A stretch of DNA of 62,987 nt, the filler included, from Octopus bimaculoides (taxonomy: Eukaryota), in assembly GCF_001194135.2 (NCBI RefSeq). It is 7 parts of 7 records of this genome, joined end to end, with 100 filler letters (N's around TTAATTAATTAA, not from the genome) between each part and the next. Parts side by side here need not be neighbours in the genome. Positions count along the whole stretch, not along the records: positions 1 to 7,760 come from NC_068986.1; positions 7,861 to 17,027 come from NC_068987.1; 5 more parts are not named here. One strand, written 5' to 3'. Shown here piece after piece: positions 1 through 11,339 of the stretch (positions are counted from its first letter, which is position 1; the number at the start of each line of letters is the position of its first letter). The translations under genes were made by a program, and so were the position numbers. The notes under the pieces were generated by a model. The model did not search any database, was not told the origin of the DNA, and saw nothing but the letters and a program-made list of their open reading frames with translations.

Positions 1-66
<66 letters not shown>

Positions 67-70
67 TGTG
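1..70. repeat. (TG)n microsatellite
   Basis: Near-perfect TG dinucleotide run at the window start. Confidence 0.98.
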
Positions 71-289
71 TTTACATTTGTTGTTAAATCGAGTATTGTG
101 TCCCTCTATGTCTCAAAGGTAGCATTTGAACAATCTATAAAATAAATTCCAGATTGAAATACGTTTTGGGGTGAGGATGATCTATTAGATTTTTGAAGGC
201 GACAGATGAAAGACTAAATCCTGTAAAATAATGTTTAAAGACTTAATGGCTTCAAATTTAAGGTAATGCATTATTAACGTCGTATTTTT

Positions 290-336
290 TTCTTCTCTTA
301 CATCTTACTTGTTTCAGTCATTTGACTGCAGTCATG
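290..336 (-). mobile_element. SINE family A 3' tail fragment
   Basis: TTACTTGTTTCAGTCATTTGACTGCAGTCATG matches the tail of the family A copies at 8543-9160, 23056-23492 and 61086-61463. Confidence 0.7.
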
Positions 337-496
337 TATGTATATAACTGTGTCTGTTGCTGAGTGCTTATATTTTTTCTGCGTCTAGATACAGGTATTC
401 CTTTCAATAATTATTAATCTTTTGGCGCTCATGTCATTTGTTCGTTATCCCGAAGAAGATTATTTAGAAAGAATATTACAAATATGACATTCATTT

Positions 497-1467
497 GTGG
501 AAAGGAATATTAATGCAGTATATGGGGATCGGGCAATAAGCGTAAGCCAGTGTCATCAGTCTTTCCAGAAATTTCCAGCCGAAAACTACAGCCTAGAAGA
601 CGAGTCTCGTCCTGAAAGATCTGTAGAACTCGACGAGGACGCCCTGCATAACTCTGGTAGAACAAAATTCCATCGTAACAGTTGAAGAACTAGCAGAGAA
701 GCTTGGATTTTGTCAGTCAACCATTCATCTACACCTGCGTGCCATCGAAAAAAATCAACAAATTGGATCAATGCGTTCCTCACAAATTTTCCGAGTCTAA
801 TTGCATGCAGAGAGTGAATGTCTGCTCTTCTTTACTGTCACGTCTCACGAATGAACTATTTTTGAACCGAATAGTGACTGGTGATGAGAAATGGGTTCTC
901 TATAAATATATCAAGCGCTGAAGAGAGTGGTTAGGGAAAGAAGAAACACCGGCACCCTATGCTAAAGAAGGTCTTCACCCACGGAAGGTGCTGTTATCTG
1001 TTTGGTGGGATATGAAACATTTAGTCCACTTTGAACTTTTAAATCCAAACCAAAGAAAGACGACCATCTTTGGTTTCAAGACAAAAGGTCTTCTTCCATC
1101 AGGATAATGCTCGGCCACAGCGAGGATGACATTCGAAAGACCGGAGCAGTCTGAATGGGAAACGATGCCCCGCCCACCATATTTGCCGCACATTGCCTCA
1201 TCTGGTTATCATTTATTCCACAGTCTTCAAAATCATTTGGACGGAAAAAAATATGAATTCAGTAGACAAGGTCAGAACAGTACTGGAGGAGTATTTTTCA
1301 TCACGGACAAGTGAATTTTGGAAGAGGGGCCTTGCAGGTCTATCTGATAGATGGGAGAGTATTGTAGAAAATGAAGGAGAGCATATTTTAGATTTGAAAT
1401 GAACTTTGTTTACCGTAAATTTGAAAAATAAAAGAAGTATAAAAGAATTGCATTATTTATGGGATGA
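497..1467 (+). mobile_element. Decayed, 5'-truncated mariner (DD34D-type) transposon
   Basis: Frameshifted ORFs give INAVYGDRAIS...FQKF...YSLEDESRP (HTH), CVPHKF (WVPHEL-like), IVTGDEKWVLY, FFHQDNARP and PPYLPHIASSGYHLFHSLQNHL (YSPDLAPSD-like). The C-terminus stops at 1402. A right TIR remnant TTATGGGATGA lies at 1457-1467. Confidence 0.93.
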
Positions 1468-1486
1468 GATTTACAATTGATTATCA

Positions 1487-2045
1487 GTAAGTGACTGAGT
1501 GAGTCATTCAGTCAATGTGTCAGCCAGTCAATGTGTGAGTGACTGACTGACTGACTGACTGACTGACTGAGTCATTCAGTCAATGAGTAAGCGAGAAAGT
1601 GAATGAGTCAGTCAGTCAGTCAATGTGTGAGTGAGTGAGTGACTGAGTGAGTGAGTCATTCAGTCAATGAGTGAGCGAGAGAGTGAGTTATTGAGTGAGT
1701 GCCTGAGTAAGTAGTTGAGTGGGTGGGTAGCTGAGTGAGGGAGTGAGTGAATCAGTCATTGAATGAATGAGGAAGTGGTTCAGTCAGTCAATGAGTGAGT
1801 AAGTGAGTCAGTCAGTCAGTCAATGAGTCAGTTAGTCAGTCAGTCAGTCAGTCAGTGTGTGAGTGAGTGAGAGAGTAAGGGAATGACAGAGTAACTGAGT
1901 GACTGACTGATTGAATGAAAGAGTGAGCGAGTGAATGAGTGAATGAGTGAGTGTGTGAGTAGGTTAGTGAGTGAGTGACTAGGTGAATGAGCGAGTGTGT
2001 TTAGGTGAGTTAGTCAATGAGTGATTTAGTGAGTTAACGAGTGAG
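1487..2045. repeat. Degenerate (GAGT)/(GACT)/(CAGT) tetranucleotide array
   Basis: About 550 bp of interleaved GAGT, GACT, CAGT and GAAT units. Confidence 0.92.
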
Positions 2046-3370
2046 TATTCGACAGTGGGTTCTGTCTGAATACCGCGTAAATCTACACTTCTCGTTGAAA
2101 GAAATATTGAGCCATCTGATCAGTTTTAAAAAAGATTTAGAACTCTGAAACCGCGATGCGAATTTGCTTCTCTTCTCTGTGACAGTTAAATAAATGCTAT
2201 AGCGCGAAACTTGTCTATAAACTGTGAAGAACTATTCTCTGTTACGAATCACAAATTATTGCTCAAATAAATTTGGTGGTTCCGTGGTAACGTGATATAA
2301 ATTTTATTGTAATTCTCATTTCCAATATTGTCTAAGTTGAAACCACGTTATATGAATCCTGTGATTCCTTTAAGTAGATAACATAACACAGAATCCCTTG
2401 CTAGTATGTACTTTCTTACTTCTAGATGAAATGACAGTGTCGCTTTGTTCTTAAGGAGAATATATTTTTCCTGATATTTCTTTTATGAAAGAACATTACT
2501 CTCATTTTTTTTTCGAAGTAAGAACATGAGATAAAAATAAATTTAGAATTTCATATGATTCTGGTGTCTATAACTATTGGTTGAATATTGAAATTTCTTA
2601 GAAATTTTCCATATTTCAATTAATGGAATAGGTACGTCGTTCTGAGTGACATTTCTCCGCCCGTACGAAGATTGAATTAAATTCATGAAATAAAACTGTC
2701 TAAAGTGTAATGAATCGGGTTTAATCGTGCAGCTGCGGGTTTCGTAGTCTGAAGATTTATACTTCTAAATTACCTGTCCAAAATTTGGTAAATATGTAAT
2801 TTCGTTTAAATATTTTGGCCAATGATTAATGAGAAGGTAACCTAATAGAATATGTTGTCTTTATATTAATATTTATTGGAATCTTTATAACACTGTTCAT
2901 GTTAATATGAAAGCTTAACTTGTGCTTCAAACCATAAACATATGATGGCATTTCACTTATGAAGGTGAGTAAGAGAATTATAATGAAACGGTAACGCAGC
3001 AAGAGAAACTACAGCCGCCTATTATAGTATTACATTATTTAAGAGAGTCAGATCTATTTGAGTATAAGAGAAACCATTTATATGGTGTTTTGTCTAATAT
3101 ACGCTGAACTCTGATCACTATAACCAATTACATATAACCTTAAATAACTGCCATGAGAGAACTTAGTGCTCATTGATGTAAGTTGTATTGGCAAATAATC
3201 ATTGCCGAATGTCAAATCACCTATGTTCAAATCATATTGTGAAGCAAAGTATTTGAGATTTTGAAGTAAACATCACTTAATCTGAGTGCATTTAATAAAC
3301 ACGAAAAGTACATTTTCATATGTTTTGGTTTTGTCTTTGAACATACGCCTATTAAACATGAATATATTAA

Positions 3371-3550
3371 AGAACACAAACTGATAGGCATGAAATTCGT
3401 GGATAGGTGGTTAGTCGATTACTTCGACCCCAGTGCTCAACTGGTATTTATTTCATCTGCCCCAAGACGATAAAAGGCAAAGTCGACCTCGATGGAATTT
3501 GAAATCAGAAATGCCGCTAAATACGCCGCACTAACGACTTCTGCTAGCTA
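3371..3550 (-). mobile_element. SINE family C (diverged)
   Basis: Shares GTCGACCTCG...GAATTTGAA and TCGACCCCAGTGCTCAACTGGTA blocks with the copies at 17357, 43320 and 56778. Confidence 0.8.
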
Positions 3551-3769
3551 ACCAGCAGGGATTTCTTTAATACAAGGGAGGTGGTGCGGTTCCAAAAAGA
3601 GCACCGTAATATATCATCCATCAGTGACAAATGAATCATCCTCACGCAGTCTGTGTATTGTGTGTACTTCTAGTTTAGATATGCTACGAGATTGTACATC
3701 TATCCGTTTATGACGAGGGTTTAGTTTTTAAAAAAATACACAGCGATAAACAAATTACACACACCCCCA

Positions 3770-3802
<33 letters not shown>

Positions 3803-4923
3803 TCTAAATGAAACGAATTGTAAATTCATTGACACCAAATTTGCAGCCTACAGCAGTGAAGCTTCCACCGTTATGTATTTCCTTGATCACCTCAATATTT
3901 ACCTAGGAGAATACACAAGTCTGTGTTGTGTATTATAATCACGCGCCTCCGTATTTTGTCTTTCACTTGGGCTATGTTGATGGACATGAGTAAGTAAATC
4001 CGCATAAAATGTCTGCAGATTGGCGGCACAGTCATCTAATCGCAGACAATAGTCAGGGCATTCGAGCAGTTTAACATAGTTCGTGATCACCCGGGTGCTT
4101 TTTTGCGGATGAAGCAGAATCGCTTTATTAAGAGAAACCCAGTAATGTCATAAATATTCGATATTTAGTCGCAATATTATAAAGCAATATATATAGATTA
4201 GACAGACAGCTAGATAGATAGATAGATAGATACAGAGAAAGAGAGAGAGACTGACAGACAGAGAGTGAGGGACAGACAGGCAGAGAGAGATGCATATTTA
4301 TGCATATGTGCCGTTTTCAACATTATGGGGAGCATTGAGTGCAAATCCCTCACAAATCAAACCGAACTCTGTTTTTGAGATCAATAAAATAAGTAACAGT
4401 CAAATACTGAGTTTCATATGATCGATTTTATCCGCCTTCAAATATCAAGTACCGATGAAGAAATGGGGTCGCTATAATCAATTTTTATCTTTGCAAAAAG
4501 TTTCCAATATTAGAAATCTATTTTTAGTAAAACAAACCAAGAATATTTTATTGCCTTTACTAAAATAAAAACTTCATGGGAATTATTTCATATACTGATT
4601 CTGTCAACATATCTGTTTGAAACATCCATTCCTGGTTATTCTCTTATACAGAAAAAAACTTAGCTACTTGTCTTTTTAAAACCTTTTAATAAATTTGTCC
4701 TAAATGTCCATGTTTGTTTTCAGAATTTTAGTTAGTTCTTGTTTGATATGTTTAAATAAAGAATTAGACTTACCACTCATAAGACCCATATTATTGTGTT
4801 GGTTGGAAAAAATTCCGAACGTGTAGCAAAGATAACGCGTGCGCGACAGATAAATACATACTATGTGTCGTATGTGATGCACAAGACACAGAGAGTAAGA
4901 TTAAACCTACTGAACTCAATATG

Positions 4924-4997
4924 TAACGTGAGGTTACATATAAAGTGAGGTTACATATAACGTGAGGTTACTTGAGGTCATATGCAACCTGAGGTTA
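4924..4997. repeat. 17-bp minisatellite (TAACGTGAGGTTACATA-like), 3 good plus 2 degenerate units
   Basis: Units start at 4924, 4941 and 4958, followed by partial TGAGGTCA and TGAGGTTAC copies. Confidence 0.85.
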
Positions 4998-5576
4998 CGA
5001 TAAAAACGATTGCATTAAACACTTAAAAAATCTCGACCCCTAACTGAAATAACTAAACTAAATTATTTTTGCAAATAATGTAATTGTATCTAATATCTCG
5101 ATATATGTGAATCTAAATGCTTCTGTATGACTGCTTTAATGTATGAGTAATTATTTATCAGAGGAGACACGTATGTACGATCTTTAAATGTTCGAGTGTC
5201 TGTGATAGTTGCTGCATATGATCCCATACTTTGTAACAATTTGCCATATAAGACTTTATTTCGATCTCTATTTCTATATTTGGATGTTACTAAAATGATG
5301 TTTACGAAACTGCTGACATTTGAACTACAATATTTATGTCTTGCAGGCATTTGTTGAAATATTCCACTTCGTCTCGATAAATTATATTTATCTGTATGCT
5401 AAAATATAAGTAACGTTGACTTACCACTACAAAAATAAAAATACTAACGTGTGCATAGACATTAAATATATAAATATATATGTGTGTGTGTGTGCTTATT
5501 TACGAATCACACACACATACATGTATATTTGTATACATTTCACGTCACTCCAAGTTTCTACATTCTTATGACGTAA

Positions 5577-5647
<71 letters not shown>

Positions 5648-6030
5648 NNNNNNNNNNNNNNNNNNNNNNNNNNNNNNNNNNNNNNNNNNNNNNNNNNNNN
5701 NNNNNNNNNNNNNNNNNNNNNNNNNNNNNNNNNNNNNNNNNNNNNNNNNNNNNNNNNNNNNAACTGGCTTCCATATATTTCATAACATATATTTTATGTC
5801 AACCAGCTTCAACTCAAAGGTCATTCATTACTCAACGCAGACACTTGCCGAGAGCTGCACGCAAGTAAAATCGGACTCTCGCCAAAGTCATAATTATGCA
5901 TGTTTCTCAATTACGCACACACACACACACACACATACATATGTATGCATATATGTATGTATACATATGTATGTATACATATGTATGTGGGGGTGGGGGG
6001 GTGACAGTATCTGTGCGAATCTGTGTTTAG

Positions 6031-6047
6031 GTACAAGCGCACATCAG
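6031..6047 (+). CDS. Candidate 17-nt micro-exon (VQAHI+AG)
   Basis: tgtgtttag|GTACAAGCGCACATCAG|gtgagt has a consensus donor but a weak pyrimidine tract. Splice motifs are the only support. Confidence 0.25.
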
Positions 6048-6924
6048 GTGAGTTAAAATATGTTTGTGACAATATTTCAACTTCTAAAGAAAATTCACTG
6101 CAGTTGCCGTGGAGAGAATATTCTCTGTTATGTTTCTTTGTATTTTTTTTATTCTCTTTTTCTTCGTTCTTTTCACACATTCCCGTGACTCTCTGTCGCC
6201 ATCCTTTTACATTATTATGAATTTAAATTGGCGGCTTGAGTCACAGCGAACCTCTCTTTAGCTCATTACACAACTATGGACACTACTCCTACGGATGCAT
6301 TGCAGCTATTCTCTTGATAAATTCTCAGCTATTCTCTTCCTAACCGTTGATCTTCAAGGATTCCTTTGCTCAGTGTCAACGTAAGAAGCACCACCGGCTT
6401 AGCTCTGCCTTTCCGCTACCTCTTCACAATCCGTCATGCAGCAGTCCCATAACTTCGGTGGGTGGAAAAACGGACGTTATGCGTTGCCAATGGGCAACCC
6501 GTAAAGATGCAAAGCACAGTCGTTATTCCGTGAGGTATTTCCACGATGTCCGCATACCCAAATCTTATGGTAAAAGTTGTAAAAAACAAAAACATATCGA
6601 CCCAGTGTATAAAGTTGTAAAAGAAACATATCGCCTCACTTCGATATTTTTACAACTGAGTCCGGATAAAGGGATACAAACGCTGCGACAGGAAACTCGA
6701 CAGGGATCGACACTGGGCAGATATGATGCTTTCACACCTTTTCCTTAAGAGAGACATCTTTCTCCACGGTAAACGCAGTGAATTTACCTTTAAAAGTTGA
6801 AATATGTCGCAAATATAGTTTGTCTTACCTAAAGTTCACATGCATATATATATATATAATATATATACATACATGTGCACATGCACAAACGTATATTTGC
6901 ATATATGCGTACATATTCAAGAAT

Positions 6925-7010
<86 letters not shown>
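6925..7010. repeat. (GATA)n microsatellite
   Basis: Perfect GATA run of about 21 units. Confidence 0.98.
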
Positions 7011-7726
7011 CCAGGTGAAAATGGTACTTAAGTTGAGGTACCAGAATTTAGTACGGTATCATCCATACAATTTCAAAGTAAGGTAATTAAAATCAAAATA
7101 AGCAACAAGGATATCCAGAGATAATGCAGTACGGTCGTTTCATACAACTCCATTTAATTGAACAATGTAATCATTACATCAATTTAAAATGCAGAGCAAT
7201 CCTCAGCTGCACAAAGACATAGAATTTAATTAAATCAGAACAGATGAACACATTAGTATAATAATCTCCAAGAAGTTAAGGAGATAGACAAAGAACATGT
7301 TGTCTCTGCTACAACATAGAAGCTAATAAATAAATTGTCAAGAAGACTCTGCCTGTTACTGATTTTATTTATTTTTTTATAGGGTCATTTTTAATTTATA
7401 GACTAGTTTATCAAACCTTGTACATCTTGACAATTTATTTATTGAGAATTTAATTATTAGCTTCTATGTTGTAGTAGAGATAACATGTTCTGTGTCTCCT
7501 GAACTTCTTTATCTCTTCTCTTTATCTCCTTAACTTCTTGGAAATTTTAGGCAGTATTTATACTAATGTGTCCATCTGTTCTAATTTAATTAAATTCTAT
7601 GTCTCTGTGCAGCTGAGGTTTGCTCTGCATTTTAAATTGATGTAATGATTACATTCTTCAATTAAAATGGAGTTGCATGAAACGATCGTGCTGCATTACC
7701 TCTGGATATCCTCGTTGCTTATTTTG
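7011..7726. mobile_element. Two diverged copies of one interspersed repeat in inverted orientation (fold-back), possibly Penelope-like
   Basis: 7094-7343 (CAAAATAAGCAAC...TTGTCAAGA) is the reverse complement, with indels, of 7425-7726. The family assignment is inference. Confidence 0.75.
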
Positions 7727-7804
7727 GTATATATATATATATATATGTATGTGTATATATNNNNNNNNNNNNNNNNNNNNNNNNNNNNNNNNNNNNNNNN
7801 NNNN

Positions 7805-7816
7805 TTAATTAATTAA
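7805..7816. other. Artificial gap spacer TTAATTAATTAA (also 17072-17083, 31084-31095, 52417-52428, 55268-55279, 60840-60851)
   Basis: An identical 12-mer sits in the middle of N runs (44 N + 12 + 44 N where counted). It encodes stops in all six frames. Confidence 0.93.
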
Positions 7817-7860
7817 NNNNNNNNNNNNNNNNNNNNNNNNNNNNNNNNNNNNNNNNNNNN

Positions 7861-8100
7861 GAGGAGGAGGAGGAGGTGGAGGAGGAGGACGACGACGACG
7901 ATGAGGAGGAGGAGGAGGAGGAGGAGGGGGATGAGGAGGGGGATGAGGAGGGGGATGAGGAGGAGGACGATGATGATGATGATGATGATGAGGAGGGGGA
8001 GGAGGAGGAGAGAGAGAAGGAGGAGGAGGTGAGAGAGAGGACAAGGAGGAGAGAGAGAGAGAGGACAAGGAGGAGAGAGAGAGGAGGAGGAGGAGGAATA
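7861..8100. repeat. (GAG)/(GAT)/(GA) purine-rich simple repeat
   Basis: Low-complexity trinucleotide runs next to a gap. Confidence 0.92.
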
Positions 8101-8542
8101 AGAAAGTTGGGAGATGAATACGGAAAACAAGACGTTAATCAACAAAATATTAATGACAATACACCTGGATGAATAAGACATGAAATAAATATGTTGAGAT
8201 GAACCTTATAATTATTCTTAATATTTTTACCCTTTTTCGTTACGTAGATGTAACAAGGCGTCATATATTAGGAATTGATCTTCAATCGATCTTTGCTGAC
8301 AATAACAGTTTCAATTAGCGTTTGATGCTCTTTCACTCAGCATACGTTATATTTGTCCTTAAGGGTTTGCACGAATATTATAAAGTTTCAGTTCTTCTTG
8401 ATAAGTCAAAAGCAAGAATACTGAAGCCTGTAGTTCTGAATTAAATTCGAAAATCAGTGTTTCAGTAAACCCTTTCCACGAACTACGAATGTCGTCAGTT
8501 CAATCAAAATGTAAATTTAAGTTGAATCAATTATAAATATAT

Positions 8543-9160
8543 TTCTCTTTCTCTTTTTCTTTACTTGTTTCAGTCATTTGACTGCGGCCATGCTGGAGCA
8601 CCGCCTTTTAGTCGAGTAAATCGACCCCAGGACTTATTCTTTGGAAGCCTAGTACTTATTCTATCGGTCTCTTTTTTGACGAACCGCTAAGTTACGGGGA
8701 CGTAAACACACCAGCATCGATTGTCAAGCGATGTTGGAGGGACAAACACAGACACACAAACACATACACACACATACATATACATATATGATTGACCGTT
8801 GACTGAACACTATTCAATTTTTTTTTCTCCGTGTTTTTCTCCTTGTCTCCGTATTCTTCTGTTGAAGAGCGTAGCTCGAAACGTCAAAGACTTTCCGTAT
8901 TCCCGAGCGTCATACTAATATATACTTTTGTTATTTACACCACCTGTCCTCGTCTGTTGTTATTATTTGTATATTCTCCCATATATATACATATATACGA
9001 CGGGCGTCTTTCAGTTTCCGTCTATCAAATCCACTCACAAGGCTTTGGTCGGCCCGAGGCTATAGTAGAAGACACTTGCCCAAGGTGCCACGCAGTGGGA
9101 CTGAACCCAGAACCATGTGGTTGGTAAGCAAGCTACTTACCACACAGCCACTCCTGCGCC
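8543..9160 (-). mobile_element. tRNA-headed SINE family A, full length, with a nested insertion
   Basis: Head GGCGCAGGAGTGGCTGTGTGGTAAG...GGTTCAGTCCC (A/B-box-like), central TA/TG microsatellite and tail CAGCATGGCCGCAGTCAAATGACTGAAACAAGT. Several copies occur in the window. Confidence 0.92.
8788..8978 (+). mobile_element. Penelope-like terminal repeat fragment with a hammerhead-like motif, nested in SINE A
   Basis: About 190 bp nearly identical to 44375-44565. Contains CTGTTGAAGAGCGTAGCTCGAAACGTC. Confidence 0.65.
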
Positions 9161-9502
9161 TATAAAATATATTAAATATGATTTTCACTCAGAAGGTAAA
9201 GCACTAAGACTGGCGATACTCGAAGCACGTAGTAGTAATCCCTGGGTAACCTTATTCTGATTATTCCACCGAGTGCCACGATTCTGTTTCTTATCTATTA
9301 TATCTATTATAATTCGCTTCTCATATTTTAACTGCCCTGGAACATCTATACAGGAGCAGCAAACAAACCATTAAAAGACCCGTCACAAGGCATCCCTCCT
9401 CTCTCTCTCTCTTACTCTCTTGTCATACATCAAAATAATGGAAAGGGTGTGTTTACTTTCATATTTTTCTGGCAGCAAAGCTTTCTAATATTTACATTTT
9501 AT

Positions 9503-9924
9503 GTTGTTGGCACTCCGTCGCCTACGACGTCGAGGGTTCCAGTAGATCCGATCAACGGAACAGCCTGCTCGTGAAATTAACGTGCAAGTGGCTGAGCACT
9601 CCACAGACACGTGNNNNNNNNNNAACGTGCAAGTGGCTGAGCACTCCACAGACACGTGTACCCTTAACGTAGTTCTCGGGGATATTCAGCGTGACACAGT
9701 GTGACACGGCTGAGCCTTTGAATTAGAGGCACAACAGAAACAGGAAAGTGAGAGAAAGTTGTGGTGAAAGAGTACAGCAGGGTTCACCACCATCCCCTGC
9801 CGGAGCCACGCGGAGCTTTAGGCGTTTTCGCTCAATAAACACTCACAACGCCCGGTTTGGGAATCGAAACCGTGATCCTATGACCGCGAGTCTGCTGCCC
9901 TAACCACAGGGCCATTGCGCCTCT
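9503..9924 (-). mobile_element. tRNA-headed SINE family B, full length
   Basis: Head GAGGCGCAATGGCCC(T)GTGGTTAGGGCAG...GGTTTCGATTCCC and tail GCGACGGAGTGCCAACAAC. Matches 24750-25135. Confidence 0.93.
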
Positions 9925-10963
9925 ACTATCTTCACTACACACAAATTAATGATTGTTGAGATTGAGAACCAACTTGTTTTGGTCATAGGGAGTTTTTAGA
10001 GGAATCCACTTTATTGTAAGCATTCAGACCAGCTAACCGGTTTTCTCAAACCCCAGTTTTCCCTCACTGATATTGACATGGTTCTTTACATGCTCGGCAG
10101 CAAAGCGCATCGCTTTCTTAACGGCTGGTAAATGTCATGAGTCCATAGCTTCTTTCTTGCATAACATGTGAATATAAGGCTGATCTTCGAACATTGATTT
10201 ACTGAAGACTTCAAATATCAGGTCAGTACGCCTGATATGATTTTAGACTCGGAATCTCTCTGAAATAGGAAATATGAAATGTATTCATAGAATTCTTAAT
10301 GCTGCAAAACGCTTCTGACTTAAATCTGAAAACATTGCTGGAATTTACTGAATATAATTTTAATTGGTGAGGTTCACAACATAGACCAACAAACGAATGC
10401 AGCAATGAATCCAGTGTTGTAGATGAGAATTTGAGTTCCCTTCTAGTTTACTCTCTGTTTCCCTCATTCTCTTGCATGTCTCCCAGGACTTGGACAATTT
10501 ATGGAGATGCAGAAACCTACTTTCAAATAAGGATCATGACATTTCTACACACCTGAGGATGCGACCTACATCGGGCCCAAATATTTTCCTCCAAATTGCT
10601 TCCGTATCATTCTAATAATAGGAGAGTGCCTATAATGTGTTGTAGGGGGATTATTGACACCCAAAATTCTGCATGGGCCTTGCTGATTGTAATCATATTT
10701 ATTGTAAACCAGAAATGGCTCTCTTCGGCTATGAGTGGACATTTATAATTATATATGTATACATGCATGAATTTATGTATATTTGAAATTATGTAAGTAG
10801 GATAAATATATTTGCGTTTTTTATATGTATATGTGCATTTCTAATCCATTTAAAACCACAGTTACCATCCACAAAAAGCGGAGATACGCAAAAATGCGTA
10901 CTTCCTATACACGCGAATGTACATACACATATGTAAGCATGGATATATATATATATGTGTGTG

Positions 10964-11012
<49 letters not shown>

Positions 11013-11014
11013 AT

Positions 11015-11045
<31 letters not shown>

Positions 11046-11339
11046 TGCATGCATACATGTGGATGACAAGGAGGTGTGTATCTGTGTGAGCATGTACTGT
11101 AGTATGTTGTTCTTGTTATGTTGTATGCATGTCTGAACACATATGGATGATGCTGGTAATATGAAACGCATGGCAACTTATTGTTTTATCATCCGTTTAT
11201 CAACGGTTAAATTGGCAGTAACGACATGATTAAGAAACCTAACCAGACAGAAGCAACACTTATCAAAGATAAGATGATGCCAACATTAGTTACTGTTCAA
11301 CACAAATGCACGTAAATATACAAATGTTCAAGCTGTTGA

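Noticed and set aside
6347-6748. 133-aa ORF in non-repetitive sequence
   Set aside because: It has no recognisable domain and starts at a non-ATG codon. The antisense strand shows only faint, unconvincing resemblance to an RLE C-terminus.
7876-8172. Acidic 98-aa ORF (poly-E/D) and its poly-P/H antisense ORFs
   Set aside because: These are translations of (GAG)/(GAT)/(GA) simple repeats beside a gap, with no splice or domain support.
9579-9658. 35-bp exact direct repeat on both sides of a 10-N gap inside SINE B
   Set aside because: This is overlapping contig ends, an assembly artefact. Other family B copies have the segment once.
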